From contig NC_045697.1 in the NCBI RefSeq assembly GCF_009834535.1, forward strand, positions 109,060,001 through 109,124,000: a stretch of 64,000 nucleotides of DNA. Reading direction: 5' to 3'. The stretch is from Camelus ferus. Its lineage: Eukaryota. Made by a program: the position numbers and the translations under genes. The notes below the pieces were generated by a model, which was not told where the DNA came from, did no database searches, and was given only the letters and a program-made list of their open reading frames with translations. Positions 1 to 13,160 of this stretch are shown one piece after another. Positions within the stretch are counted from its first letter, which is position 1. The number at the start of each line of letters is the position of its first letter.

Positions 1-1189
1 AAAAGCCGGGCTACACAGGATTTGGGGGCATTAATGGTATACGCCCACCTCGAAGGCGGCTCCTTGGAGAAGCTCCCCGACACTCAGCGTTCATCCCCCT
101 CTCTCAGGACAGTTATCATCAGAAACCTCCACCAACCACCCACGTTAATACCCTGTTCAGTTTTCCTGTCAGCAGGTTTATGGGTCTGTGGGTTCCAGCA
201 AATTTGTTAATATCAACACAGTGTACCCATACTGTGTGGGGCTTCTAGCCGTGCCATGGGCAAGGTGAAGGCTGAACGGGCTGTGGGAGAGGCAGGTCCT
301 TTAAAGGCTCGCTCCTCCCGCCTTCAGCACTACGATGATATCATTTCCTCCAAACAGGATTCACTCCTATTAAAACCCTGTCCAGGTTCTGCACTTACCT
401 GCCCAGGTGAGTCGATGAGCTCATCTGCGCTTTGAGACAGTTGTCCTGGAAAGAGGAAAACAACACTAAACAACAAAGATAAAGCAGTACATGAGCCTCC
501 CATCTCCCTAGGAGGTTTTCACCTTGAACTCCACACAGGGAGGCCCATTCACGCCAGGGCATTACTTCAGACTGGGCGCCCCTGTGCTAAGACAAACACA
601 GCCAAGCCCTTTAAACAAACACTCTGGGAGGCTGGGTTGAGCGGTCAGAACATGGAACTGGACAGAGTGGGACACGGGGTGCCAGCCAGGGGCTAGAACC
701 TGCTTCAAATCTTTCTCTTGCCATCTAAGTGCTGTGCAGCTGGGGCAGCTCCAATGCCCTCTCTGGGCCTTGGATCCCTCAACCCTGAAGTGGGAAATTG
801 AATTGGGATTAATTCCTATGGCCCCTGGAAAAAATGAAATGAAATCACCCCGCCCATGTGAAGCATCCTTAGTCAGGGTTTTTACTGGTTGGTTGGTTGG
901 TTTTATACTGTCTTGCTCTGTGTTGGACCTCAGGAGCGGAGGATAAAGCTGACCATACTCAGTCTTGGAGCACAATTATCATCAGTCTGTGCAAAGCCCT
1001 TTCATGCTGGATACTATTTTGGCCCCTCAACTGTAATCTCCACTCCCACTCTGTCTTCTCAGTAGCCCACCCCATGATGTATTTGACGTCTGTTCTTAGA
1101 TGTGTGTGTTTATGTGTGTGTGTGTATCTATATGTCTGTCTACACATAGATTCCATGGCTTTGGACATGTATTTTTAATTGACATAAGT

Positions 1190-1480
1190 GACTTTGAATC
1201 TCATCCTGTTTTTACTCTGCTCTCTGTTTTTATTTTCCTTCCACGTTGCCATGTGTACATCTAGGTTGCTAATTCTTACTGATGCACGGAAGTCCCTAGG
1301 ATGTGGCTGCCTCATTGTTCTGGTCCGGCCCCCTACTGATGGACACCCATGTCACCGCAAGCAGCACCACAGTGAACATTTCCACAAACAGCCCCTTAAA
1401 GCCCTAGGAGAGCATTTCTCGGGACTGCCCTGCACAGAGTCGGTGTATAGTCACTGCCGTAGGTCCTGCCAGATTGCTCT
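1190..1480 (-). mobile_element. Old L1 (L1ME-like) 3' end fragment
   Basis: Degenerate antisense L1 3' motifs (ccacgttgccatgtgtacatctag...ctgatggacac...gccagattgctct); boundaries approximate. Confidence 0.5.
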
Positions 1481-1759
1481 GGGGTGGGACAGGAGGCAGC
1501 TGCACAGGGCTGGCGGGGGAGGGTGGGGGTGGCCTGGAGAAGGGCCTGTGAACAAGGGCGTCGTTCTGCTGAGTTGTCTGGTGCTGACTCTGGATTCCCG
1601 TCTCTGGGGAAGGCGCATCTTTCATTGATTGACTCCGATTTTCAGAGCCAAGGTGTCCCTTCCCTTCACAGCCCGCACCATGGTTTGTAACTCAATATGA
1701 TTTGATTTACAGTTTGATTGTCTCCTCTCTTCCTACACTGCAGTTCTCCAAGGGAAGGC

Positions 1760-1892
1760 ACCCGTCGGTCTGGGGTGAGGGGAGAGAGGCGTCTAGGGCA
1801 CAAAAGTTAAGGAGGCCTCACCCTCTGGTGCTGGCCTGCACGTGTCTGACCTGAGACCGGGTCTTCCTTACCTTATCCTAGACCCTGCCCTG
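1760..1892. mobile_element. MER91A-like hAT-Tip100 MITE, internally deleted
   Basis: ggggtgagg..gaggcgtctagggcacaaaagttaaggaggcctcaccctc and end ccttatcctagaccctgccctg match recalled MER91A consensus. Confidence 0.7.
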
Positions 1893-4199
1893 ACCATAGT
1901 TACTTTTGCCTTAGAAAAGCTTTTGACTTCAAGTTTAGCAACTAACCTGGTCTCTTCCTGGCTCTTCTCCCCACCCCTCCTTTCCTTTCACTGGGTGCCC
2001 GACCCTGTGTTAGGACCTGGCTGGGAGAAGCTAGCAAGGTCACTGTCCACCGGGGAGGGGACAGGAAAATAACCATTATGATGCATGGAGGTAAGTTTAA
2101 GAAAGCAAGAACAAGTCAGCACCCAGGACGTCAGAGGCAGGGAAGAGTGGCGGGTTAACTCCCACAGGGTGGAGGAGGCGACGGCTGGGCTTGAATTTTG
2201 TCGAGAAGGCGGTGGGTAGAGGGGGTCTGAGCATGAGCGCTGGGTCAGAGGCTGGGTCCGAACTACACTTGTGGTCAGGGCTGGTGGGGCTTTGTTCCTG
2301 GAGCCTGAGGTCCAAGGCGGGGAGGCGGGTGCCAGGTCTGGGGAGCAGGGAGGCGACACTGCAGGAGGAGGGGGCTATGAGGGAGACTGGAGGGGTAAAA
2401 GTGGGGTGCAGCTCAGAGGGCCCGCAGGGACTGTATCTGGGGACAACAATTTATGGAAAGATTGTAAGCAGGGCAGCGGCAGGAACAAATGTGCCCTTTA
2501 GAAGATGACACATTTGTGTAAAAGAGTGTAAATTCATGGCCCTGGGTGTCCAGAAGGGAAACAAGGCAGCTGGGGAGCCAGTGGGTAGGGTCTCACCAGG
2601 TTAAATAGAAAGGGAACCTCATAAAGCAAACAACCATTGGCAAAATGGTTTTCCAGAAGCAAGGCCACTGGGCAAACGGTCAGCCTTGCCCGGAAGATGA
2701 AGGCCCTGCCCGCCCCTCAGTCTAGGTCGTGTAGGCCTGGCTGGCTGTCACCACTCTCAGAAGCGAGGGGGCCGGGCTGGGTCCCCAGGGGGGCGTCTCC
2801 CCCACCTGGAGGGGACTTCAGTTTCCACTTGAGCTCACAGGCCCCAAGGCTGGGACTGTCCCTTTTCTCTGCTGAGACTGAACCCTAAAAAGTTTAAATG
2901 AGGAGGACCCTCTGGCCGAGGCCATTCTGAGGCAGCCTCCCTGACTGGAGGGAGAAGTCATGATCTATCTGCCGACTTCACAGGGCGCTTTGCTGAAGAG
3001 AAACCCTCTCCACCCCTTTACCAAACTGGACTTTCAGGCTGGGCTGCTCTCCGGGAAAGCGTTTGGGGGTTCCCGAGCCTTCAGGCCTTTCTTCTGCTCC
3101 TCCCATTTGCCCCTTCCCTGCCACTGCCACCTGCCCCGGGCCTCGCTCAGTTGGTTTGCTTCCTTTGAATCTCTCCATTGTCCCCTGACCTCAGATCTCT
3201 TGCCAGGTGGCCAAGCAGCCTCTGCTGTCCTCCTTTCCCTCAGCCGTCCCAGCTTCCGGAAGTAGCGGCAGGTAGTGCCCTGCCAGGCCCCTCAAAGTCC
3301 TGTGCAATCTGCTGTCGGCACAGCCCTGTCCAACCAGGAAAACCCCAGGGCTACAGCCAGCGTCCTGGCAGAAGTGAGCTCCCCACGCTTAGAAACGGTG
3401 CCAAAAATTGGGCTCTAATGTCTTTTCATCGTTGGTGACACTCGCTTCCTGGCTGCAGCCCTCTGTCCAAGGAGGCGCCAAGCTTTCAGTCTCCTCGTGG
3501 AAGCAGGATTTGGGGGTATGTTGCAGCCCAGCCCGGTTAGAGTGGCACAGAGCTGCGGGCCTCCCTTTAGGGAGATTCCAAGTCCCCTGGGAGCTTTTTT
3601 TTTTTAATTAAAAAAAATAAATTTAGTTGCTATTTTTTTTTTAAAGATGTATAACCTGTGACAGCTATGCTGTCCCCACTCCTCTCCTCACCTCCTTCTT
3701 CCCTTCTCTCACTTCCTACCCTCCCTGGGCTGTAGGTGGACCTCAGGAGTGTCAGCAGAATACAAATCCTTGCAAAATTCCCCCGGGGGATTCCATGCAA
3801 CCCTAAGTTTGGAAAGTGCTGTTCGCATATTATTAGGAGACTGTTTGCACTAGGAGAGGAGGGGTCATTTAGATGCTAAATCCAGATCCGTGTCTCCGTG
3901 TCTCCAGGAGTGAAGGTCTGGGAAAGTGGGTAGAGAAAAGGAGGTGGTTGCTGGGGGTCAGAGGGGCAATTTGTGTCCAGGGAACTCAGTGAGGTATTTG
4001 GCCCCTTGGTCAATGAAACCTTTGACCTCAGTCATCAGGGGTCTCCACATTTGAAGCCTAGACCTTCTCCTGTATGTCTGAATTTGACTATTTTGCAATG
4101 GTTTTGGCCAGGTTTCTGAGTCCCCAGGTCTGCCTACGGCCCGGGTTGGATAGGAAGAGAGGAGGAGGTGAGAAAGTAGGAACACAGCTAAATTCTTAG

Positions 4200-4496
4200 A
4201 CAGAATTTATTTCATTTGAATTATTCCTAGTTGTTTATTTCAAACACTTATGCTCTACAAATATACATGCACGAGATGAGGGTCGCCCTCCTGGAACACC
4301 AGCGCCCCCGCCCATCCTCTCCTCAGGCGCCCCCTGTGGATGCTCCTCGGAATCCGTGCGTCTCTCAGGCTTCCTCCCCTCCATACGCATGCGCACACTG
4401 TGCACACGGGGTCCCGCTCCACCGACCTGCTCAACGCCGCCTTGTGCACGTTCAGGGAGAGCTTGCAGCCAGCTCCGAGCTCGCCCGCAGGTGAGT
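4200..4496. promoter_or_regulatory. CpG-rich promoter-like patch with GC box, NRF1-like site and 5' splice donor; possibly L1ME-derived
   Basis: CCCCGCCC 4306-4313, TACGCATGCGCA 4384-4395, CAG|GTGAGT 4488-4496, many CpGs. Confidence 0.35.
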
Positions 4497-7384
4497 AATC
4501 CAGCAGTCCGTCCTGCCTGGCGGTGGGTGAGGTCACCTCTCTGGTGCCAAAGCAGGAGCGAAGAGAGTGACTCACAGCTGTTCTCCTGATTTGTCCAGTT
4601 CACCACCAGTCCTGTCCGCTCAGTAAAGGGTCTAGTGAGGACAAGGCGTTCTATTCACCTGAGTCTCTGCTCTGAGGTCTCTTCTTAAATACCTGGTTCA
4701 CAGGGCTACTGAAGGCAGATCAGAGCTGTGGAAAGGGCTCCGAACCCATCAGTCAGTCAACAGCTATTGACTGAGATCTTGTTACATAACACTGTTTAGA
4801 CACCAGGGTGTAGTAGGGATGAGAAACCAAGTCTCAAGGATCATGCAGTGCTGGCAGATGTGCAGGTGGAGGGGGCAGGAAATACTTATGGGAAGGCATT
4901 TAGACGCTGGTCACCATCATCTATACGACGAGCTGATGGACCCTGAAGTGGGGACTGAGAATCAGCCAACTTTGGCGGCTCTGGTCCAGCCAAGAAGCCA
5001 CTGTGTGACCCAAGATAAGGCATAACTTTCCTCCACTGCACAGTGACCATGATGGCCCAGGTCACCTCAGGTCTCCTTCTGTCCACAGAGAGAGAGCACA
5101 CAGGAGGTGCCAGCACCTCCTGTTCTGTGACTGGTTCTTCCTGGAGTCTGTTTTCTGTGGTCGCAGCCTCTAGGAAGGGAGATCTTTGTTAACATCCTTT
5201 ATCCAACAATGGCCAAAGCTCTAGAGAACACAGAACACAGCAAGAGGGACCCAGCCTTGAAACTAATACATCCTTTATGAGTTCAAAGTGGCTGTGTGCC
5301 CTCAGGGGAGAGCCCTGGTGGGAGGAAGTGAGAGCACTGGGCAGCTGGGCTCCAGCAGCCGGAATCCTCCAGGGCAGGGCAGGGCAGGGGCCAGACACCT
5401 GGGAAGGGAGGCGGGTGGCTCTGAAATGGACGGTGGCAGAAGCTTCAAGGGCCCAGAGCCCTCAGCTGCCCCACACCTGCTGGCTGAGGAGCCTCCCAAT
5501 CCACTTGTCATATCCCAGCTCTACCGACGAGGCCTCCTTGGCCTGGCTCTGCTGCAAACAGGGCCAGCAGATCGCTGTGCTGAGTGCCCCCAGGCCCAGC
5601 CCCAAAGGGGACCGGGGTTCAGGCACCACCAAGAAAATCCTGCTTTGCAGAGAGGACCAGTTTGGCCCTTGAGAACCAGAGGTGGTAAGAAGCAGTGGAG
5701 AGGACCTCTCCCTTCTCCTCCCTCTAAGTGCAGTGACTCACGATTTCCCTCTTTTTTAATGTACAAGTTCCTGTGTCACTTAGGAAGGGGGCACAGCGTC
5801 CTGGGGTTAGGGACCCTGGGCTCTCTGGACTCCAACGGGCGTAGGACTGCGCACTTCAGTCAGTGCCGGGCTTTCCCATCTCAGCCCGCGGGAATGACAC
5901 ACATCTGAAAGGACGGCAGCGCAGAGCTTTTCCTTCCGGGCGTGGGAACGTCCTCTCCCCTCTGATTCACGCTCACTGAGAACGCAGCGGGCTGCGGAAC
6001 CGTGAATGACATATGAGTGCAAGAAAGCAAGGCGGCCAAGCAGACTCGTATATCACTGCTCCTGTGACACGCGATTATTCACGCCGCTGGGCTTGTCACT
6101 TCCCAGGGAGCCAGGACAGCCAGCAACAGAGGCAGCTTGGGGGTGGGTTGAAATGAAGGAAGAGGTTGAAAGCTCCATGCTGCACCACGTTCGGTCTCTG
6201 AAACTTGGACGTGCCCTTGGAGAAATATTCCAGACCAGGTGGGTCTGCATACAAAGAGTGGGGCACCTGCTCAGCAGCCATGGGTGAAACGTCCTGGTTT
6301 TGTACTTTTCTAAGGAGTAGCAGGTGGGAAAAGTGGGAAGGGAGGTGGGGGCTGGGGGGCAGAAGGGGCAGTGGTGATGTCCAGACTTCTGAGGTTCTCC
6401 TGCCAGACCAGGAATCTTGGGAACTTGCCTGACCTATAAATGGCAGGTTTGACTGCCCAGCCAAACTTGCCCCCACAGAGGCTGGACCACAGTTTTTGCC
6501 CCTTGGGTTCTGCCAGATCCTGTCTCCTTCCAATGGCCAGTTCAGTGGTGGTGGCGGTACCAAGAGATGCTCTTGTACTCTGGGAGCTTGATTGTAGTTT
6601 CCAGGGACAGGAGAGAGGTGGCCCTCTTGACGCCCCCCTCTGCCTGCCATCCATTCAAACCCTCCCACTTACGGTGGTAAGATGTGTGGTGGGTGATGTT
6701 CAGTGACACATCTCAGCTGCCTGCAGACTTACAAGGATTGGAGGTGATCTCAGAGCGGTGGGTGGTGGGCTCTGGACGCCCAGCACTTCCGCTCTGCCTC
6801 CGCTGAGTGCAGAGGCCCTGGCAGAGAGGGAAGAGGTTTACCTGTGATGCAGAGCTGCAGGTTTGATCCTTCCGGATTTCACCCTAAACCTCTGCCCCAT
6901 GCCTCATCCTTGCAGTCATGCCACTTTGCGACTCTGGCTAAACCCCTTCCTGAAACTGGGGAGGGAGGGACCTGTGCCGGGGCAAAGTGCTGGGGAGGGG
7001 GGAGGAGCAGGAAGGCCCCTTCCATTTCCGTCAATAACTGCTCCCCCGTCCCCCAACCCAGGCTCCAGGCAAACCAAGTCGCCCTCCCCGCACCTCCCCC
7101 CTTCCCCAGCTGCCTGCAGATCTGTCACCTTTTGGGACCCAGCTCAAGAGTCATTTGCTCTGGGAAACCTGACCTCAGACCGAAGGAGAAGTGACCCCGC
7201 CCTCTTTTGTGCTCCCCTTCCTGCAGGTGAAAACAGCTCCACGTTTGCTGTCACTCAGAGACTAGACCTCTTGTACCCTGTTGGTATCTTGTACGCCTTT
7301 GTGTCCCTGCACTCAGCTCAACGGGCATCCAATGTGTACCTGCTGTGTGAGGACAGGGCTCACCTGTGAAAACAAGTCGTGGGG

Positions 7385-7560
7385 GAAGGAGCCTGGGCTT
7401 AGAGAGGGGGTGGGGCGCCGGCATGCAGGGTCACCTTCTGGTTGTGCGACCCTGGGCCAGTCAGTGAACCCCCAGAGCCTCACCTGTCAAGTTGAGAGAT
7501 GCCCATCTCAGGGTTATGGGGAAAGGTAAGTGACATAATGTTCAGGACACCCTTACTGTG
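7385..7560 (+). mobile_element. MIR SINE
   Basis: Core gttgtgcgaccctgggccagtcagtgaacccccagagcctcacctgtcaa. Confidence 0.6.
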
Positions 7561-9063
7561 TGCCCACCACATGACCTGCAATGTGCCCAGCCTGAGGAAT
7601 CAAACAGCAGATTAAATAAAAGACTGGCATGGACGGGCCTCCAGGAACACATTTGCATGGGAAGGCCCCAGGCAGGTGCTTGGTACACAGTACCGTGTTC
7701 AGCAAATGCAAGTTAACAGCCTGGGGCCTGGAGGCCAATGCTGACACAGGGCACCAGTGGGGATATATGGCTGGTGAGGGTTCCAGGTGGAAAGTTTTAA
7801 GACAATAGCAAGCCAGCAAGAGGCTCTCTCCTTTTTCTCCTCCCAACAGTACAAGGAAGTACTTCCTTGGAATGATAGAAAAAACTAGAGACTTCTCCAT
7901 TTAATGACCAAAAGAAATAAAACAGTATTAAAGAAATACTTCCCTGGACTTGTAGAAAAGATTGGAGGTGTATTCACTTTGCAGCTAGAAGAGATTAAAA
8001 GATATTGTTGGGAAATTTGGGCCAGAGGTCCTGAACCATCTAGCAATGCCCTCAGTCTCTGCTGGTGACACATGTGCTCCAACCTCCCCTAAAAATTCCT
8101 ACCTCAGCCAAGCACAGATGGATTCACAAAGAGAGAAAAACAGTGCTTGGCTGGGGGCACTAAGGCCTTTACTGTGACTTTCAAAGGCTCACAGGGATTT
8201 CTTACGGTCCTCAGGCTTGCTTTACTTTCAAGGGGGACCCGTTCCAGCTGCGTCCAGAGAAAAGCCTGGCTGCACAGCATGGGGCTTCTGAAAAGGTTAC
8301 AAACAGCTGCCTCTGAAACATGCCACCTTCCCGGCCTGACCCCTCCCTAGGGAGGAGGTACATGAAGTGAAGTGTCGCTGGAGGAATGTTCTGAGACTTC
8401 TAGGTCTCCAAATTCAAATGAATTTGCAAAAGCTCCAGAGTGTCTTTTTCCCATTGAAGAGCCAGGCCTTCCCCAGAGGTCCTCAGCAGGGCCTGTGGGG
8501 AAGCAGGGATGTGTCAGAACCGCGTGGAGAGTGTTTTAACCCTGGCTGAGCCACCTCTCCCACTCATTCTAATTCTCTAGGCGGAGGGGGAGGGCTGGGG
8601 GGGGCAGGGAACATTCTGAAATGGCAGGGCCTGGCTGAACTGGGATTCTCAGGCCTCATTCTCCATCCCCTCCCAGACCCCACACATCCCTTTTTGATTT
8701 CTTATTTTTCAGGAAATGGGCTTTCTGGGAGTCTGCCAGACCTGGGTTTTCACCCAGATCCACCACTTGCTTGTGGCTCATTTTTCTCATTTTTTCCCGT
8801 TTGCAGTCTGGGTGGGAGGACCCTGTGAGATAACATATGTGTCTGGTATGTAACAGCCCCCAGTGAAACACGCTGCCGGGATCAGCGAGACTGTCTGCCT
8901 GAGAAGGAGTCGTGGCCTGGGTTTCCCAGGAGCTCTCTGCAGTGGTGAGGGAGCACTGAGCAAGCCCCCAGAGGGGAATCCAGTGTGACAGCCTCGGACC
9001 CCATAGATGCCTAGGGGCACCCACAGAAAAACCACGAAGCTGCTCTAACCCCTAAGGAAGCTT

Positions 9064-9151
9064 TAGGGTGACCAGGGACTGAGGAGTTTCCTGGGACTTT
9101 CAGTGCTCAAAACAAGACAGTCCCAGGCAGTCGGTACAAGCTGGTCACCTA
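9064..9151 (-). mobile_element. MER81-like hAT-Blackjack MITE
   Basis: TIRs TAGGGTGACC...GGTCACCTA; body gggactgaggagtttcctgggactttcagtgct; flanks gaagcttt/gcagcttt resemble an 8-bp TSD. Confidence 0.8.
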
Positions 9152-9359
9152 GCAGCTTTCATCTTGCTGGGACAGCGGCTACAGGAGGGTCACCGTCCCA
9201 TTACCACAGGGAGTGGGTCTGGGAACAGAGCAACTCAACAGTGGGATGAAGCTAAATTTGAAGGAACCTCCTCCATCTAGCCAGCCTCTGTGCTTTGTCT
9301 GTCCTGCCTCAGGAAAAACTATTTTCTCCTCTAGAATCCTGAGAGGGGAGGAGGGAGGA

Positions 9360-9570
9360 TTGCTAATTTAATTGAGCCCCTACCACGTGCCAAGCACTTT
9401 ACATAAATTATCTCACTGATTCACAAGAATCTAGTTTGATGATATTACCTTTTTTGCACAGAATGAAATTCAATAATTCACCTAAATTCACCCCCTTGAG
9501 AAGTAAAACCAGGAGTGAACCCACCCTCTGGTCCTTAAGCCTGCGACTCTCTTTCCATTACACTATGCTG
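9360..9570 (-). mobile_element. MIR SINE
   Basis: attgagcccctaccacgtgccaagcactttacataaattatctca...ttccattacactatgctg. Confidence 0.7.
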
Positions 9571-10870
9571 TGTGGTTGCAGGTATAGAGAAGATAAAAGA
9601 AGTCAAAGTAGAAGAGGGGAATGAGCTCTTAAAATTAGAAGGAGGTTTGTAAATATGGCTTTGCACTGGGCTTTGGGCTCAAAGCTGGCTTGTGAGATTT
9701 TAGAGCAGTTTCCACTGAACATTTTGAATTTCAGCTATCCCTCACAGCGTAATTTATATTTCATGATGGAATTGATTGATGTACACACTTCAGACCTACT
9801 TGTAATATCATCAGCCTCTATTATATCTTTGGCTAATGAATTTTTCTGTTTGTTTTTGCTTTTATTTTTCCTCCAGCTGCTTTTCCTAAGTTTCAAGGAA
9901 GTATTTGTTCATTCAAGTATTTCAAAATGTCCTCCTTCTCTGAGATGTCCATGAACTCTTCAATTTTGAGCACATTCTCTCTTACACTGTCATCTTCTGA
10001 ACCAGAGGTTCCTTCCTTCTTGTCTGGCCGAGCTGATTCTCTGGACTCATCTAAATGTCACCCATCAAGTCCCCTTCAATGTGACTTTTTGTGCCAATAA
10101 TATCTCAAGACAGTCTCCCTGGCATTCTGAGTGAGCCTCTGGTTAATAAAATGCTCATGTCAGCTTTGATGATTTGTTGAAGGCCAGCTGGGCATAGTTT
10201 TAATGAAAAGCCTTCTATTCCTCCTCTGTTAATCACAGGATAATCAGAAGAGAGAGCTCTAACAGGGCTGTTCTTCCTTAAAAAGCCTTGATCCTTCTCC
10301 AGAGTGTGTGAGGAAGAGGGAAGGCTCTCAGTGAGGCCTGTCCCCTGCTCAGGGATGTCAGCCCCACCAGGCGGTGCCACATTCATGCCCCAGACAAATG
10401 ACAAATTCCTACCTGTCCCAGAACTTCAGATCTCCTTGAAGACTGGAAACCGTGAACACCCAGGGGCTGCTGAATAACCAAAGAGAATGGATTTTTCTTC
10501 CTTCAGTCTGGAGGACAGGTACTGTGGCTTAGCACCTCCTGCCAACAGCCAGCGCTGGGATGAGGAACAAGCAAGTCTGGATGGTTCTGTGTCTCCCCTG
10601 GGCTGGGGTGTGGACTGCCCCATCATGGAGCCCTCAGAGACTCCTCTCATCCGAGCTGACCCAGTCGCCCTTGGCAGGAGTTGCAGCCTGATGTGTAGAG
10701 TGGGGATCCCAAGGGAGTGGCGGATTCTCCAGTGACACCCAAGTTTGGGGAAGGTTCCAAGGTAGGGGCTGGTCTTTCCCACCTGGGAGTGTGTGTTCTG
10801 GTTCCCTGAAGCTATGTTGTCAACCTCTTTCCAGAACCAAGGAGTCTCAACTAGATGTGGGAAATTCTAG

Positions 10871-11332
10871 GGTTGTGGGTTGAGCTGTCCCCACCTCCAA
10901 TGTATCTGTTGAAGTTCTAACCCACAGGACCTCAGAATGAGACCTCAGGGAAACAGGGTTGGTGCAGAGGTCGTTCACAGGAGATCATGCTGGAGTAGGG
11001 TGGGCCCCTAGTCAGATATAACTGATGCCCTTATAAAAAGGAGGAATCTGGACACAGACACACACAGGGAGACCACCATGTGAAAATGAGGCAGAGATCG
11101 GGGTGATGCTTCTGCAGGCCAGGACGGCCAAAGATGGCCAGCAAGCCACCAGGAGCCGGGACAGAGGCCTGGTATGGACTCTCCCCTTAGTCCTGAGAAG
11201 GAACCAGCCCTGCTGATGCTTTGATCTCCAATTCTCATCTCCAGAACTGGGAGAAAGTAGATTTCTATTCTTTAAGCCCCGTCCCCCCCAGTTTGTGGTG
11301 CTTTGTGACCACTGCCCTAGCAAACCAGTGTA
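10871..11332 (+). mobile_element. MaLR solo LTR (MLT1B/C-like)
   Basis: gacctcagaatgagacc, cccttataaaaag, gaaggaaccagccctgctgatgctttgatc, ccagtttgtggtgctttgt hallmark segments. Confidence 0.85.
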
Positions 11333-12824
11333 CCTGGGCTAGACCATTTTTTCTTGACTTCTGAATATCTCATTCTTTAATATAGATTAAATTTGTGTGC
11401 AGTGATTCCCCAGTTTGACCTTAGGACACTTTTTTCTGCTGGGCATCTGGGAAGGACAGTGCTAACAGGCACACGCTCTGGGAAACTCTCTTCAGACCGC
11501 TTCTTATGAGTGTGGTCTAGGTTCGTCAAACTTACCCACTAGAATGAGAAGATGCTGTTTCAAAACCACCTTATCTCTTGGGTCGTGGCACCCGAATCAC
11601 TTAACTTCTCTGTGGCTCTATTTCACACACCGGGCAGCAAGGCTAGGCGGGCTGCTTAGAGCCTGGCCTCGGCAGGTGCTCTGCAGGTATCAGGGGAACA
11701 TCTCTAGTGCTGTTTTCAGAAAGGGCACCGTAACCGCTGCCTAGTGAGAGGTCTGAGACCTCCCATCAGTTCTGCTGTGGAGCCCGGAACCCAGACACCG
11801 GGGGCCGTGGTGTGGGAAGAAGCAGCCCTTGCAATCTGGCTTGACTCCAATAACAGCAGCGAGGGCCATGCCTCTTTCTGAGAGGCCCCGGGGTCAGCCT
11901 GAGACAGGAGTCTCCACAAAGTGGATTCCCATGGTCCTGAGGGCTGGCCATCGGAGGTCAGCCTCCATCACCGCCCCTCAGCTTTCCAGCAGCCGGAACT
12001 GCTCACTCTTCACCCGGGGCTGTCCACTATCTGTGCTGTCCACGGCTTCCAGACAGAATCCTGGGCCAGGGAGCTCTAGGAAGGGGCCGGGGCAGGCAGC
12101 ATGGAAAACGGTGGCTGGGAGCTGAAAATAACACACATACACAGCCAGGGAGGGTCACTTCCTAATTCCTACCTCAGGATGGATGTGGCAGATAAGTGGG
12201 AGGAGCAGGAGATGTGAGGGCACAAGGGTGAGGGCCACCAATTGTTATGCTGCAAATACCCCGCCTCCAAAAGCACCCAGCTGCTGGCGGGGCCCCTGAG
12301 TTCACCTCGCAAGAGTTGTGAAACTGACTTAGAGCAGTTCACACCCAGTGCAGGAGGAGAGAGGGTGGATGGCAGGGTTTGGCAGCAAATATACCCATGA
12401 GATAAGTGCAGTGACCTCAGGTTAATCATCTCCTCCCACCCTAAAGCCCCTGACAGGCACCAGGGACAGCAAAGGAAGAAACAGCAGTTTCTGGCTGGGG
12501 CAGGGTGTGCGTGAGGAGGCTGAGGAAAATCAAGCTGGAAAGGCAGGCAGAGGCCAGACTGGAAGGGTCTTCAAAGTCCCGATTTGTTTATTTGTAAAGG
12601 ATTTCAGGATATTCCTAGGGCTATGGGAAGGGAGGTTCTTTGCACAAATGAGTGACATATCAGAGCAAGGCTTCTGATGCTCCAAGGGTCTGAGACTGGA
12701 CCCTGAGAGTGATCAAACCCCGAGGTGCCTCCCTGAGCAGTGGGTGGGCACCACAGAAATATTATAAAGCCCAGAGCATGAGAGGCTGGCAGGTGGAAGC
12801 CAATGATCCTTGGCCCTCCTGGCA

Positions 12825-13118
12825 CCTGCCGGAATAGCTAGACTTCAAAGGGCTGACGATACCAAGCGCTGGTGAGAACATGGAGCCACCAGAACGTTCC
12901 ATTTCGGCTGGTGAGGGAAGGGGGAAGCCCTCTCCTGTCTGCTTCTATAAGATGCAAATTCAAAACTCTGATCAAGGTCTTTCTAAGAAATTGCCAGACC
13001 CTGTGGCTGTAAAACTGCTTTGGAAAGCTATCTGATAATTTCTGATAAACTTTAATATACTTACCCTATCATTCAGCATTCCTGCTTCTAGGTATGTACA
13101 GGAAAAATAAAATATAAA

Positions 13119-13160
<42 letters not shown>

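Noticed and set aside
4255..4575. Minus-strand ORF with protein-like KLSLNVHKAALSRSVERD
   Set aside because: No family recognised; better explained by stop depletion in a GC-rich patch
5288..5908. 206-aa ORF
   Set aside because: G/P/R-rich, no recognisable domain; expected by chance in GC-rich DNA
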